Positions 50,845 through 60,714 are shown, numbered from the stretch's first letter. The stretch is 64,000 nucleotides of DNA from an uncultured Acidimicrobiales bacterium (GCA_963735375.1 CAVTKS010000006.1:1343099-1407098); one strand, 5' to 3'. A program made the numbers and translations. Notes: generated by a model not told the origin, from the letters alone.

Positions 50845-51434
50845 GCGGTCATCACCCCGTCGCTGAAGTGGACCGCCAGACGTCGCAGCGCCCGGTGGCA
50901 GAGGACGCGGACGGTGCCCGGCGGGCGCTCCATGATGGCGGCGACCTCAGCCACCGACAGGCCGCCGACCACGCGGAGGAGCACGGCCTCGGCCTGCTCC
51001 GGGGTCAGCTCGGCGATCAGCTCGTCGATCGCCCCCTGGGCGCCGAGGCGCTCGAGCACGGCGCTGGCGGGGTCGCCCCCCGATCCCATGCCGATGGCGA
51101 TGTCGAGCCGTTCGGTCGCCATGAGGTCGGTGCGTTGGCGGACGGCCCGGCGGCGATGGTCGATCAGGCGACGGCGGGCGATCGTGAACAGCCAGCCCCG
51201 GAACGCCGCCTCGTCGCCACGGAACTGGGCCAGGCCGCGAGCGGCGCCGATCCACACCTCGCTGGCCAGGTCGTCGGCCATCTCGGGCGCCTGGGCCCGC
51301 AGGTAGCGCAGCAGGCCCGGCTGGTAGGCGCGGAACAACTGGGTGAGCGCCCAATGCTCACCTCGTCCCGCCGCTTCCACGACGTCCGGTAGCTCGGCAT
51401 CGCGAATCATTTGACCGCCGGGCACTGTAGTCAC
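50841..51434 (-). CDS. ECF-type RNA polymerase sigma-70 family factor
   Basis: 197 aa. Region 2 (DDLASEVWIGAARGLAQFRGDEAAFRGWLFTIARRRLIDHRR) and region 4 HTH (LSVAEVAAIMERPPGTVRVLCHRALRRL). Confidence 0.9.
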   Translation of the reverse strand: MTTVPGGQMIRDAELPDVVEAAGRGEHWALTQLFRAYQPGLLRYLRAQAPEMADDLASEVWIGAARGLAQFRGDEAAFRGWLFTIARRRLIDHRRRAVRQRTDLMATERLDIAIGMGSGGDPASAVLERLGAQGAIDELIAELTPEQAEAVLLRVVGGLSVAEVAAIMERPPGTVRVLCHRALRRLAVHFSDGVMTA

Positions 51435-51491
51435 ACTCAGTGGCGTCTGTCGCCTCTCCGTGAGTGGACGGTTTGTGAGGTGCGCCTCGCC

Positions 51492-51530
51492 CGAAAAACG
51501 GACGAACCGCCGGCGCTGAGCCGGCGGTTC
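51492..51530 (-). terminator. rho-independent terminator of cspA
   Basis: Perfect 11-bp stem GAACCGCCGGC-gctga-GCCGGCGGTTC (51504-51530), followed on the minus strand by GTCCGTTTTTCGGG. Confidence 0.8.
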
Positions 51531-51559
51531 GACAACGTTGCCTGCGAGCAGGCGAGTGG

Positions 51560-51760
51560 TCAGACCACCCGGACGTTTTGAGCCTCGTCGCCCTTCCGGC
51601 CCGGTCCGATGTCGAACTCGACCGTCTGGCCTTCGTTGAGGGTCTTGTAGCCCTCACCCTGAATGTTCGAGAAGTGCACGAACACGTCGTCGCCGTCTTC
51701 ACGCGAGATGAAGCCGAAGCCCTTTTCCGCGTTGAAGAACTTCACAGTTCCTGTAGCCAA
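51560..51760 (-). CDS. cspA: cold-shock protein (CspA family)
   Basis: 66 aa with RNP1 KGFGFI and RNP2 VFVHF. Confidence 0.97.
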   Translation of the reverse strand: MATGTVKFFNAEKGFGFISREDGDDVFVHFSNIQGEGYKTLNEGQTVEFDIGPGRKGDEAQNVRVV

Positions 51761-51833
51761 TTGTCTCTCTCTTCAGTATCCGAGCCGATCCGCGCGACCA
51801 ACTCGGGGAACAATGTACCGGAATCGCGCACCG

Positions 51834-52058
51834 CTACTTGTAGCGGTACGTGATCCGTCCGCGGCTGAGGTCGTAGGCAGAGACCTCGACCTGCACCCTG
51901 TCCCCGGGCAGGATGCGGATGCGGTTCTTGCGCATCTTGCCGCTCAGATGACCCAACACCATGTGGCCATTGTCGAGGCAGATGCGGAAGTGGCCCCCCT
52001 TGAGGGCCTCTTCCGTGCGTCCTTCAAGGATGAAAGCGTCGTCTTTTGTCTTCGCCAA
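51834..52058 (-). CDS. infA: translation initiation factor IF-1
   Basis: 74 aa in the frame of ORF 51834-52319. TTG 52058 follows AGGAGCGAGGA. Contains [38 protein letters not shown]. Confidence 0.93.
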   Translation of the reverse strand: MAKTKDDAFILEGRTEEALKGGHFRICLDNGHMVLGHLSGKMRKNRIRILPGDRVQVEVSAYDLSRGRITYRYK

Positions 52059-52150
52059 GCGGTCGGTCCTCGCTCCTAGGCAACTGGCCCATGCTACGTA
52101 ACCGCAGGCGGGATGCCACGCATTCCCCGTCCGGGGCCGCCACGGGCGGG

Positions 52151-53508
52151 TTAGCGCATCACACCCGGGGGCTGCGGGCGGTGCTCGGGGAACACGGCCG
52201 CCATGGCGTCGGCGCCGACGCCCAGCCGGGCGGTCACGACCTCGGCGAGCACGTCGCGGTAGTCGTTCCAGCCGGGGACATCGCCCTGGTCGAGCACGTC
52301 GGGGGCCAGCCCCTGCCATGTGCCGTGGATCGTGCCGCCGGCCAGCCCGCCGCCGAGCAGCAGCACCGCAGCGCCGTGCCCGTGGTCGGTGCCGGCGTTG
52401 GCGTTCTGTTCGACCCGGCGGCCGAACTCGGTCATGACCACCACGTTGACCTGGTCGATGCGGTCGCCGATGTCGGTCACGAACGCCCCCAGCGCGTCAC
52501 CGAGCGAGGCGAGCGACCTGGTCATGTCGCCGCCGTCGACCGACCCCAAGTTGGTGTGCATGTCCCAGCCGCCGACGTCGACGCACGCCACCCGCAGCCC
52601 GACGTCGGCCTTGAGCAGCCGCGCCACCTCGGCCAGGTGCCCGCCGAACTCGCCCTCGGGATAGGTGGCTGCCGGCTCGTGGCCGACCGCGGACATGACC
52701 GCGGCCGTGCCCAGGCCGTCGAGCGTGGTCGCCACGTCCACGGCCATCGGGTGGTCGAGGCCCGTGTAGAGGGTGGTCAGCGCCTCCACGGTGCGGGCGT
52801 GGAGGTCTTCTGGGCCCGCGTGCAGCGCGAACTCGTCGACGGTCCGCAGCGACATGGACGGCTGGTCGCCGGCGAGGGCTCGGGTCGCGTTCGTGCCCAC
52901 GGTCAACGCCCGGAACGTCGTGCCCGGGCCGATGGCATCGAGCACCCGGTCGAGCCAGCCCTCCACCGCCCCGGCCGACGATCCGCCCCGCTCGAGGCAG
53001 TCCTGCGCCTGGAAGTGGCTGCGTGACACGTCGGGGGTCGACACCGCCGGCACGGCCGTGAACAAGCCGCGGTTCCACAGGTCGTGGAGGGGCACGAGCG
53101 CGGGGTGCAGGCCGAACCGCCGGTCGAGCGGCAGCAGGGTGGCATCGGGCACGGCGATGCCGGGCCGGGCGGCAGCCAGGTGCGGGTCGCCCGCGGGGAC
53201 AAGTGCCGACAGTCCGTCCATGCCGCCGCGGAGGAACACCACCACCAGCGCGCCCCCGCCCCCTGCACACCGAACGAGGCGCGGGCGGTCGCGAGCTGCG
53301 AGCCGAGCGCGGCGGCGCTCGCCGCCCCGGCGCCGGCGAGGAACCGGCGCCGCGTGAACCCTCTGCTCCACACGTGGTGTCGTTCACGGCGGTCGGCGTC
53401 GACGCGCGCGGCGCTCGCCCGCAACGCGCCCTCGGCGGGGTTGGGGCCGAGGCGGCGGACGTCCGGGCATTCGGGGTGCAGGGACCGTGGGGTGGGGTCG
53501 TCGGTCAC
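52151..53508 (-). pseudogene. DUF1501-family protein (Tat-exported), interrupted by a -1 frameshift in a G-run
   Basis: The N-terminal 80 aa, including the Tat signal SRGFTRRRFLAGAGAASAAALG, are in the frame of ORF 52903-54213 (GTG 53508 after GAGGTG). The rest is in ORF 52151-53371. The frames meet at caGGGGGcGGGGGcg (53250-53266), and one extra G would restore ...FGVQGAGGALVVVFLRGGMDG. Confidence 0.75.
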
Positions 53509-53518
53509 GGGTGGCACC

Positions 53519-55273
53519 TCATCGAAGCGAGAAGTACGGCGAGTCGAGCACGAGGGCGATCGCCCCGAGCGCGTCGTTGTTGGCGACGTAGGGCTCGGTG
53601 GGGGCGGCCGGGTCGCCGCCGAGGAAGGCCACGAGCGCGTCGTGGTGGGCGGGCTGGAACGCCTGGAAGCAGAGGCGCCGGCAGAGGCTGTCGACGTACT
53701 CGCCCACGGTCGACGACGGCAGGCCCGACACGAGCCCCACCGGGTCGGGCCGGCTGAGCCCGTCCTCCCAGTCGCCGACCAACATCCGGTGGCTGTTCCA
53801 GACGTCCACGATGCCCCCTGCTGACCGCCAGGCCGCGTGGACGTCGGGGTGACCGTTCGGGGCCGGCCAGGCAAGGGGGCGGTGGCCGGCCTGGAGGGCC
53901 GCGTGATGCAGTGCGCCGGCGCTGCGGGGGATGTCGCCCTGGGGCACCACGCCCAGGATGCGGGCGCTGGCCGTGATGTTCTCGAGCGGTCGACGGGTCT
54001 TCTGGCCCACCGCCGCCCAGAACTCACCTGATCTGAACAGCGTCTGGAGCACCGGGACGACCGCGGTGCCGTTGTCGAGGTAGGCGGCGGCGAGCCGATC
54101 GACGAGCTCGGGGGGCGGAACGTCGGACACGAACCGCACGGCCAGCTTGCGGGCGATCGTCTGGGCGGTGGCGGGATGGGCGGCCAGGTGCCGCAGGTAG
54201 GCGTCACCCACATCGAGCCCGCCCGCGGCCGTGGCGTTGTCGTGGCGGAAGTCGAGCACGGCCACGGGGCCCACCCAGTGCTTGTCGGCCTCGTAGCGGA
54301 ACGTGCCCTCGGCGGGTGAGCCTCGCTCCTCCACGACGGTGCGTCCCGTCAGGATGTAGGCGCTGTTGCGCACATCCTCCTCGGTGTAGCCCGAGGCCAC
54401 GCCCACCGTGTGCAGCTCGAGCAGCTCGCGGCCCAGGTTCTCGTTGACCGAGTCCTTGGACGACTGCGAGGCAGTGAGATAGCGCAGGATTGCCGGGTGG
54501 CGCCCGGCGGCGACGAGCATGTCCGAGAACGTGCCCAGCGCGTGGTGGCGTATGACGCCGGTCTGGTACGCGGCGGTGACGTCCCAGCTGCCGGGGCCGG
54601 GCGTCGGCGCGTTGAGGTGGTTGGCCCAGAAGTTGACCATGACCTCGTAGAGCTGGCGGTTCGACCAGGCCTGGCGGGCGACGGTGGCGACGCTGTACTC
54701 GTGCATCGCGTCCCAACCACCGGGTTCGACCGAGGCATGGATGGCGGCCGGGTCGGCGCTGGCAAGCGGAAAGGCTGCCCAGACCTCGTCGGCGGCGGGG
54801 TCGGAGATCGACATCGGCTCGAGCTGCGCGGCGAGCCACGCGTCGATGCCGGCGGCGTGCACCTCGTCGACCAGGGCCGGGGTCGGCCCGAACGTTGCCC
54901 GCCGCAGCAGGTGGATGACGGGGTCGGACGTGTCGAGGATGGTGGGGACGGTGACGGCGGCGGCCGCGGCGGCCTCGCCCGCCGTGGGGAAGAACACGGT
55001 GGGCGGTGCCACCTGCGTGGCCGAGATCTGCTCGGCCGGACTCATCGAGCTGGCGTAGCTCTCGTCGCGGTTGGCGAACCCGCCCGCGTCGGACGGGTTG
55101 GCGACCGCCCGCCGGCCGTCCAGCGGCGGCGGCGAGTCCCCGGTGCCGGGCAGCCCTCGGGCGGCCACGAGGGCCACGGCGCCCACACCGGTGCCGGCCA
55201 GCCCGGCGAGGACCGCCCGGCGCGGCAGGCGCGCACGACCGTCGGCCTCGTCGGCTGCGCTCTGGTCGGTCAT
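53519..55273 (-). CDS. DUF1800-family protein (Tat signal)
   Basis: 584 aa with twin-arginine leader RLPRRAVLAGLAGTG. Canonical partner of DUF1501, 10 nt upstream of it. Confidence 0.85.
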   Translation of the reverse strand: MTDQSAADEADGRARLPRRAVLAGLAGTGVGAVALVAARGLPGTGDSPPPLDGRRAVANPSDAGGFANRDESYASSMSPAEQISATQVAPPTVFFPTAGEAAAAAAVTVPTILDTSDPVIHLLRRATFGPTPALVDEVHAAGIDAWLAAQLEPMSISDPAADEVWAAFPLASADPAAIHASVEPGGWDAMHEYSVATVARQAWSNRQLYEVMVNFWANHLNAPTPGPGSWDVTAAYQTGVIRHHALGTFSDMLVAAGRHPAILRYLTASQSSKDSVNENLGRELLELHTVGVASGYTEEDVRNSAYILTGRTVVEERGSPAEGTFRYEADKHWVGPVAVLDFRHDNATAAGGLDVGDAYLRHLAAHPATAQTIARKLAVRFVSDVPPPELVDRLAAAYLDNGTAVVPVLQTLFRSGEFWAAVGQKTRRPLENITASARILGVVPQGDIPRSAGALHHAALQAGHRPLAWPAPNGHPDVHAAWRSAGGIVDVWNSHRMLVGDWEDGLSRPDPVGLVSGLPSSTVGEYVDSLCRRLCFQAFQPAHHDALVAFLGGDPAAPTEPYVANNDALGAIALVLDSPYFSLR

Positions 55274-55355
55274 GAACGGCCCCCCAGCCCTGCACCACCG
55301 CGCCCAGACGGATCATAGGCTGGGGTGCACGCCAGGTGCCGGGTTCGGCCGGGGC

Positions 55356-56943
55356 CTAGCGCGGCAGGTACTTCGCCTTGCGCAGGATGGCGGTGAAGCG
55401 GCGGGCGTAGCCGCCGGGATCGCCCGTCGGGTCCTGCAGCTTCGCGGCCAGCCCGGAGCGGACGGCGACGGTGCGCGACTCGGTGTACTTGAGCAGGCCC
55501 TCACGCCCGTGGCGGCGGCCCATGCCCGACGCCTTCATGCCGCCCATCGGCGCGTCGAGGCTCGCCCAGGCCGACGAGTAGCCGTCGTTGACGTTGACGG
55601 TGCCGGCCAGGATGCGCCCGGCGATGGCCCGCCCGCGGGCGGTGTCGCCGCAGTAGACGCTGGCGTTGAGCCCGTACTCGGTGTCGTTCACCTGGGCCAC
55701 CGCCTCGTCGTCGGAGGCCACGGGGTACACGGCGACGACCGGGCCGAACGTCTCGTCGCGGTACAGCTCCATGTCGGGCGTGACGTCGGCGAGGACGGTG
55801 GGCTCGTAGAACAGGGGGCCGATGTCCGGCCGGTGCTTGCCGCCGGCCACCAGCCGGGCACCCTTGGCCAGCGCGTCGTCGACGTGGGCGCGGACCTTGT
55901 CGAGCTGGTCCTGCGACGCGAGTGCGCCCACCTCGGGCCCGTACTCCTGCTCGGCGCCCAGCTTCAGCGCGGCGGCCCGGGCCGCGAACCCCGCGGTGAA
56001 GGCCTCGGCCAGCGGCGCCTCGACGTAGATGCGCTCGATCGAGATGCAGAGCTGGCCCGTGTTGGCGAACGAGCCGACGACCGCGCCCTCGACCGCGCGC
56101 CCGAGGTCGACGTCGCCGGTGACCACCATCGCGTTCTTGCCGCCGAGCTCGGCGGACATGCCGATGAGGCGCTCGCCGGCCTGGCGGGCGACGGTGCGGC
56201 CGGTGGCGGTCGACCCGGTGAACATCATGTAGTCGGCGTTCTCGATGATGGCCGTGCCCACCGAGCGACCGGGGCCGGTGACGACCTGCACCAGGCCCTC
56301 GGGCAGCCCGGCCTCCTCCAGCAGCTCGAAGGCGCGCAGAGCGGTGAACGGCGTCTGCGAGTCGGGCTTGATGACGATGCCGTTGCCGGCGACCAGCGCG
56401 GCGAGCGCGTCGGACACGGCCAGCACCAGCGGGTAGTTCCAGGGCGAGATGACGCCGATGACGCCCTTGGGGATGTGGTGCTCGCGGGTGGAGACCAGGC
56501 CGGGCAGCGCGCTGAGCCGGCGGTGGGGCTTGAGCGCCCGGGGTGCCAGGCGGGCGTAGTACCGGGCCGTGACGGCCTGGTCCATGATCTCCTCGAACGC
56601 CCAGACGCGGGCCTTGCCGTTCTCGGCCTGGATCAGGTCCATCAGCTCGTCCTGCCGGTCGAGCACCAGGTCGTGGTAGCGCAGCAGGACGGCGGCAGCG
56701 CTCGCGCACCGGCAGGGCCGCCCAACGCTGCTGCACCTCGCGTGAGCGGGTGACGGCCGCGACCACATCGTCGGCCGTGCCGATGGGCACCTCGCCGATG
56801 ACATCGCCGGTGAGCGGCGACGTGACCTGGGCCCGCTCGCGGCCCTCGGTCGGCACGGCCACGCGGGCGGCCAGGCGGTCGGTCTCGGCGCGGCCCGGGC
56901 GCAGGGCGGTCGCGGTGCTGGTAGAGGTGTCGGTGGTGGTCAT
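55356..56943 (-). pseudogene. NAD(P)-dependent aldehyde dehydrogenase (succinate-semialdehyde dehydrogenase-like), interrupted by a +1 frameshift
   Basis: The N-terminal 80 aa (MTTTDTS...VTRSREVQQRWAALPVRER) are in the frame of ORF 55501-57972 (ATG 56943 after GGAGG). The remainder is in ORF 55356-56804 (AAVLLRYHDLV..., catalytic ELGGKN and GQLCISIER). The junction lies at 56694-56703. Confidence 0.75.
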
Positions 56944-57045
56944 CGTGGCCTCCGGCGGCGGCGCAGGTGGGCGGTCGTGGCCACCGTATCCCGACCGTCC
57001 TCTGGTCCCGACTGGGCCGGCCGGCGGTCGGTAGCGTGACGGCGG

Positions 57046-58287
57046 ATGGCCCGGACCCTGGACGCTGGCGTGCGGCGGCTGCGAGGCCGCGGCGTGGTCC
57101 GCGACCCAGGCGAGGAGCATCGCGCCGCCACGCCCCTCGAGCTGTTCTTCGACCTCACCTTCGTCGTCGCGGTGTCCCGGGCCTCGGCGGCGTTGCACCA
57201 CGAACTCGCGGCCGACCACGTGGTGGACGGGGTCACCGGATTCGTCGGCGTCTTCTTCGCCGTGTGGTGGGCGTGGATGACCTACACGTGGTTCGCGTCG
57301 GCGCACGACTCGGACGACGTGGCCCACCGGCTGCTGACGCTGGTGCAGATGGCCGGTGTCCTGGTGCTGGCGTCCGGTGTCACCGACGCGGTCGAGCGCG
57401 ACGAGTGGCTGGTCGTGACGATCGGCTACGCGGTGATGCGGCTGGGTCTCGCCGCCAGCTGGTTGCGGGTGGCCCGCGACGAACCCACGGTCCGCACCCA
57501 CGCGCTGCGCTACGGGGCGGGCGTGTCCGTGATGCAGCTGCTGTGGTTCCTGCGGCTCGCGCTCCCCGACGACCTGTCGGCGGTCGGCTTCGTGGTGCTC
57601 GTCGTGGGCGAACTGGTCGTGCCCCTGTGGGCGGAACGCGCAGCCGGCGAACCGCTGTACCACCCGGAGCACATCGAGGAGCGCTATGGCCTGTTCACCA
57701 TCATCGTGCTGGGCGAATCGGTGTTGTCGGCCAGTGTCGGCTTCCAGACGGCACTCGACGAGGGTGGTCTGACCGCCGACCTCCTGGCGGTCGGCGTCGG
57801 TGGGCTCGTGCTGGCGTTCGCGGCGTGGTGGATCTACTTCGACCACCCCGGCCACCTGACGCCGAGCCCGCAACAGGCCTTCCGCTGGGGTTACGCCCAC
57901 GTGGTGGTGTTCGCGGCGCTGGCGGCTCTGGGTGCCGGCCTCCACCTGGCCACCGAGGCCGTCACCGGGCACGGCGACACCCGAGTCGCCGCTCTCGCCG
58001 TCGCGGTGCCTGTCGCCGCCTACCTGCTGGGACTGGTGCTGGTGATGACGATGACCGGCACCCGGCTGACCAGCCAGCGGATCTACCCGAAGCTGGCCGG
58101 CGCCGTGGTCGTGCTGATCGTCGGCGCCACCGCCTCGGTGGCGGTGACCGTGGCCGGATGTGCCCTGGTCATGATGGTCCTGGCCGCCTCGATGGCGCTG
58201 TCAACGGTTGAGGGACGCGAGCCGGTCACCGTGCGCAGCCAGGGCGGCGCGCAGCTCCGGGGGCGCGACCACCTCGACCCCGGGTAG
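57046..58287 (+). CDS. low-temperature-requirement protein A (LtrA)-family membrane protein
   Basis: 413 aa: ATPLELFFDLTFVVAV...WWAWMTYTWF, with about 10 TM. Confidence 0.85.
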   Translation: MARTLDAGVRRLRGRGVVRDPGEEHRAATPLELFFDLTFVVAVSRASAALHHELAADHVVDGVTGFVGVFFAVWWAWMTYTWFASAHDSDDVAHRLLTLVQMAGVLVLASGVTDAVERDEWLVVTIGYAVMRLGLAASWLRVARDEPTVRTHALRYGAGVSVMQLLWFLRLALPDDLSAVGFVVLVVGELVVPLWAERAAGEPLYHPEHIEERYGLFTIIVLGESVLSASVGFQTALDEGGLTADLLAVGVGGLVLAFAAWWIYFDHPGHLTPSPQQAFRWGYAHVVVFAALAALGAGLHLATEAVTGHGDTRVAALAVAVPVAAYLLGLVLVMTMTGTRLTSQRIYPKLAGAVVVLIVGATASVAVTVAGCALVMMVLAASMALSTVEGREPVTVRSQGGAQLRGRDHLDPG

Positions 58288-59151
58288 CGCCGCCAGCTGC
58301 GTGACGGCAACGTCGAGCGACTCGAGCGGAAGGTCGACCTCGGTCCACCCGTCGGCCGCGACCCGGCCGGCCGCCAGCGCGGCGCGGGTGGTCTGGCCAG
58401 GGATGGCGCGTGTGACGTGCCGGGTGGCATCGGGGCTCAGCCGTAGGTGGGTCTCCAACGGACGGATGGATGCGTCGAACGCCGCGGCCGACTCGCCCCA
58501 CCATGCCGCGAGGTCGAACGTCTCGGGCCGCCAGGATGGACGGGGCACGACCGTCGCCTGGCGGACGCGCGACACGCGGTAGGTCCGCGGCTCCTGCCGG
58601 TGGGCGGCGACCAGGTACCAGGTGCCCGCCTTGAGGACGAGCCCCAGCGGGTCGAGCAGGCGGTGCACCGTGCGCCCGCGGCTGTCGTAGGCGATCTCGA
58701 GCTGGCGACCGTCCCACACGGCTTCGGCCACGGTGGCCAGGGCGTCGCGGGCCTCATCGCGGTGGAACCACCCCGGTGCGTCGAGCAGGAACCGGGTCGT
58801 GACACGCTCGACGTCGCGCGCGGGCCCGGGCAGTGACGAGCGCAGCTTCGATCGGGCCGCCGTGAGAACAGCACCGAGGCCCAGGTCGGCGGCGCCGGCC
58901 GTCCCGACGGTGAGGGCCACGGTCTCCGCCGCGGTGAAGCCGTCGATGGGCGATCGCCACCCGTCGACGAGCCGGATGCCGCCGTGCGGGCCGGTCTCGG
59001 TCCACAGGGGCACGCCCGCCTGTTGCAGGGTCGCCACGTCGCGGTAGATCGTCCGCTCCGACACCTCGAGCTCGACGGCCAGCGTGGCGGCCGTGGCCGG
59101 GCCTGTGCGCTGCAGGCGGAGCAGCATGGCCAGGAGCCGGGCGGATCGCAT
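58201..59151 (-). CDS. HTH + WYL-domain transcriptional regulator
   Basis: ATG 59151 lies inside ORF 58201-59385. N-terminal HTH (ATLAVELEVSERTIYRDVATLQQAGVPL). WYL core (GTWYLVAAHRQEPRTYRVSRV). Confidence 0.88.
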   Translation of the reverse strand: MRSARLLAMLLRLQRTGPATAATLAVELEVSERTIYRDVATLQQAGVPLWTETGPHGGIRLVDGWRSPIDGFTAAETVALTVGTAGAADLGLGAVLTAARSKLRSSLPGPARDVERVTTRFLLDAPGWFHRDEARDALATVAEAVWDGRQLEIAYDSRGRTVHRLLDPLGLVLKAGTWYLVAAHRQEPRTYRVSRVRQATVVPRPSWRPETFDLAAWWGESAAAFDASIRPLETHLRLSPDATRHVTRAIPGQTTRAALAAGRVAADGWTEVDLPLESLDVAVTQLAALPGVEVVAPPELRAALAAHGDRLASLNR

Positions 59152-59212
59152 GGTCGGAGGGTACGCGATGTCCCTGACACGATCTGTCAGGGAGGGGCGC
59201 GACGGTGTGCCC

Positions 59213-60160
59213 ATGACTGCTACCGAGCCACGACCACTCACCGGCAAGGTCGCCCTCGTCGCCGGCGCCACGCGCGGCGCAGGACGCGGGATCGCCGTCG
59301 CCCTCGGCGCCGAGGGCGCCACCGTGTACGGCACCGGCCGCACCACCCGCACGCAGCGCTCCGAGTACGACCGGCCCGAGACCATCGAGGAGACGGCCGA
59401 GATGGTCGACGCCGCGGGTGGTCAGGGCGTCGCGGTGCAGGTGGACCATCTCGACCACGATCAGGTGCAGGCGTTGGTGGCCCGCATCGACGCCGATCAC
59501 GGCCGTCTCGACGTGCTGGTCAACGACGTGTGGGGTGGCGAGCGGCTCGTGGACTGGAACACCCCGGTGTGGGAGCACGACCTCGACAACGGCCTCCACC
59601 TGCTACGGCTGGCCATCGACACCCATCTGATCACCAGCCACTACGCGCTGCCCCTGCTGACCCGCCGTCCCGGCGGCCTGGTCGTAGAGGTCACCGACGG
59701 CACCTACGACTACAACGCCACCCGCTATCGCCTGTCCACGTTCTACGACCTGGCCAAGTGGTCGGTGCTGCGGCTGGCCTTCTCGCAGGGGACCGAGCTC
59801 GAGCCGCTGGGGGCGACGGCGGTCGTGATCACGCCGGGGTGGATGCGGTCGGAGATGATGCTCGACGCGTACCGCGTGACCGAGGAGACCTGGCGCGACG
59901 TGATGGAGCGGCCCCCCGGCGAGCACGTGGACCCCGGCCACTTCTGCATCTCGGAGACGCCGACCTACACCGGCCGGGCCGTCGCGGCCCTGGCGGCCGA
60001 CCCTGACGTCGCCCGGTGGAACACGCAGTCGCTGTCGAGCGGGCAGCTGGCCCGCGAGTACGGCTTCACCGACATCGACGGCAGCCAGCCCGACGCCTGG
60101 CGCTACCTGGTCGAGGTCCAGGACGCCGGCAAGCCGCCCGACTGCACCGGCTACCGCTGA
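59213..60160 (+). CDS. SDR-family oxidoreductase (atypical, long C-terminal extension)
   Basis: ATG 59213 lies inside ORF 59084-60160. Rossmann motif VAGATRGAGRGIA. Divergent from the WYL regulator. Confidence 0.8.
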   Translation: MTATEPRPLTGKVALVAGATRGAGRGIAVALGAEGATVYGTGRTTRTQRSEYDRPETIEETAEMVDAAGGQGVAVQVDHLDHDQVQALVARIDADHGRLDVLVNDVWGGERLVDWNTPVWEHDLDNGLHLLRLAIDTHLITSHYALPLLTRRPGGLVVEVTDGTYDYNATRYRLSTFYDLAKWSVLRLAFSQGTELEPLGATAVVITPGWMRSEMMLDAYRVTEETWRDVMERPPGEHVDPGHFCISETPTYTGRAVAALAADPDVARWNTQSLSSGQLAREYGFTDIDGSQPDAWRYLVEVQDAGKPPDCTGYR

Positions 60161-60714
60161 CCGCTCGGTGCGTCGTCGGCCCCGGCGCGGGGCGACCGGA
60201 CGGCGACCGCCAGCACCACGCATCCCAGCGCGGCGACGGCCGTGGCCACCAGGCCCGCAGGGCCGGCGACGGCACCGACGATGACGGTCGCCCCACTCGT
60301 CACGAGCGCCACCGCGACCGCCACTCCAACGCGCCGCAGCTCTGGTTCGGGATCGCGTGGCACGACCATGCCGAGCCGACCAGCGGCGCCCAGCAGCTCG
60401 CCGGTGGCGACCGTGCCGACGACCACGACAACGACGGGGGTGATCGTGCCGTCCGTGCCGGGCAGCAGGCCCCAGGCCATGGCCACGCCGGCGCCGACCT
60501 GGGCGGCCAGCATCCGTGGGTCGCCCAGGGCCCAGACGGCCGCGACCACGTGCGCGAACGCGGCGATGTTCGTCCACGGCTCGCCACCCAGCAGGGCACC
60601 GGCCACGCTGGTGGCCACCGCGCACGCCACGGCGGCCGCGGCCAGGCCGCGGCGGGACGGGGGCCAGACCGACAGGGGCACAGGCCGGTCAGTGGTGCCG
60701 GCGGGCGGGATCAT
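60151..60714 (-). CDS. multi-TM membrane protein, last gene of the MoxR/DUF58 operon
   Basis: ATG 60714 overlaps the DUF58 stop (ATGA), inside ORF 60151-61368. About 5 TM, Ala/Val/Gly-rich. Confidence 0.65.
   Translation of the reverse strand: MIPPAGTTDRPVPLSVWPPSRRGLAAAAVACAVATSVAGALLGGEPWTNIAAFAHVVAAVWALGDPRMLAAQVGAGVAMAWGLLPGTDGTITPVVVVVVGTVATGELLGAAGRLGMVVPRDPEPELRRVGVAVAVALVTSGATVIVGAVAGPAGLVATAVAALGCVVLAVAVRSPRAGADDAPSGQR

Noticed and set aside
52903-54213. The 436-aa ORF overlapping DUF1800 and DUF1501, read as an independent gene.
   Set aside because: Only the segment from 53508 to about 53260 is meaningful, as the Tat signal and N-terminus of DUF1501. The upstream part is antisense or out-of-frame relative to the DUF1800 gene and is Ser/Pro/Arg-rich nonsense.
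55501-57972. The 823-aa minus-strand ORF spanning the ALDH 5' region and the antisense of ltrA.
   Set aside because: It is a composite. Only about 80 codons (56943 down to about 56700) are genuine ALDH N-terminus. The remainder is antisense to the well-supported LtrA-family gene and is low-complexity.
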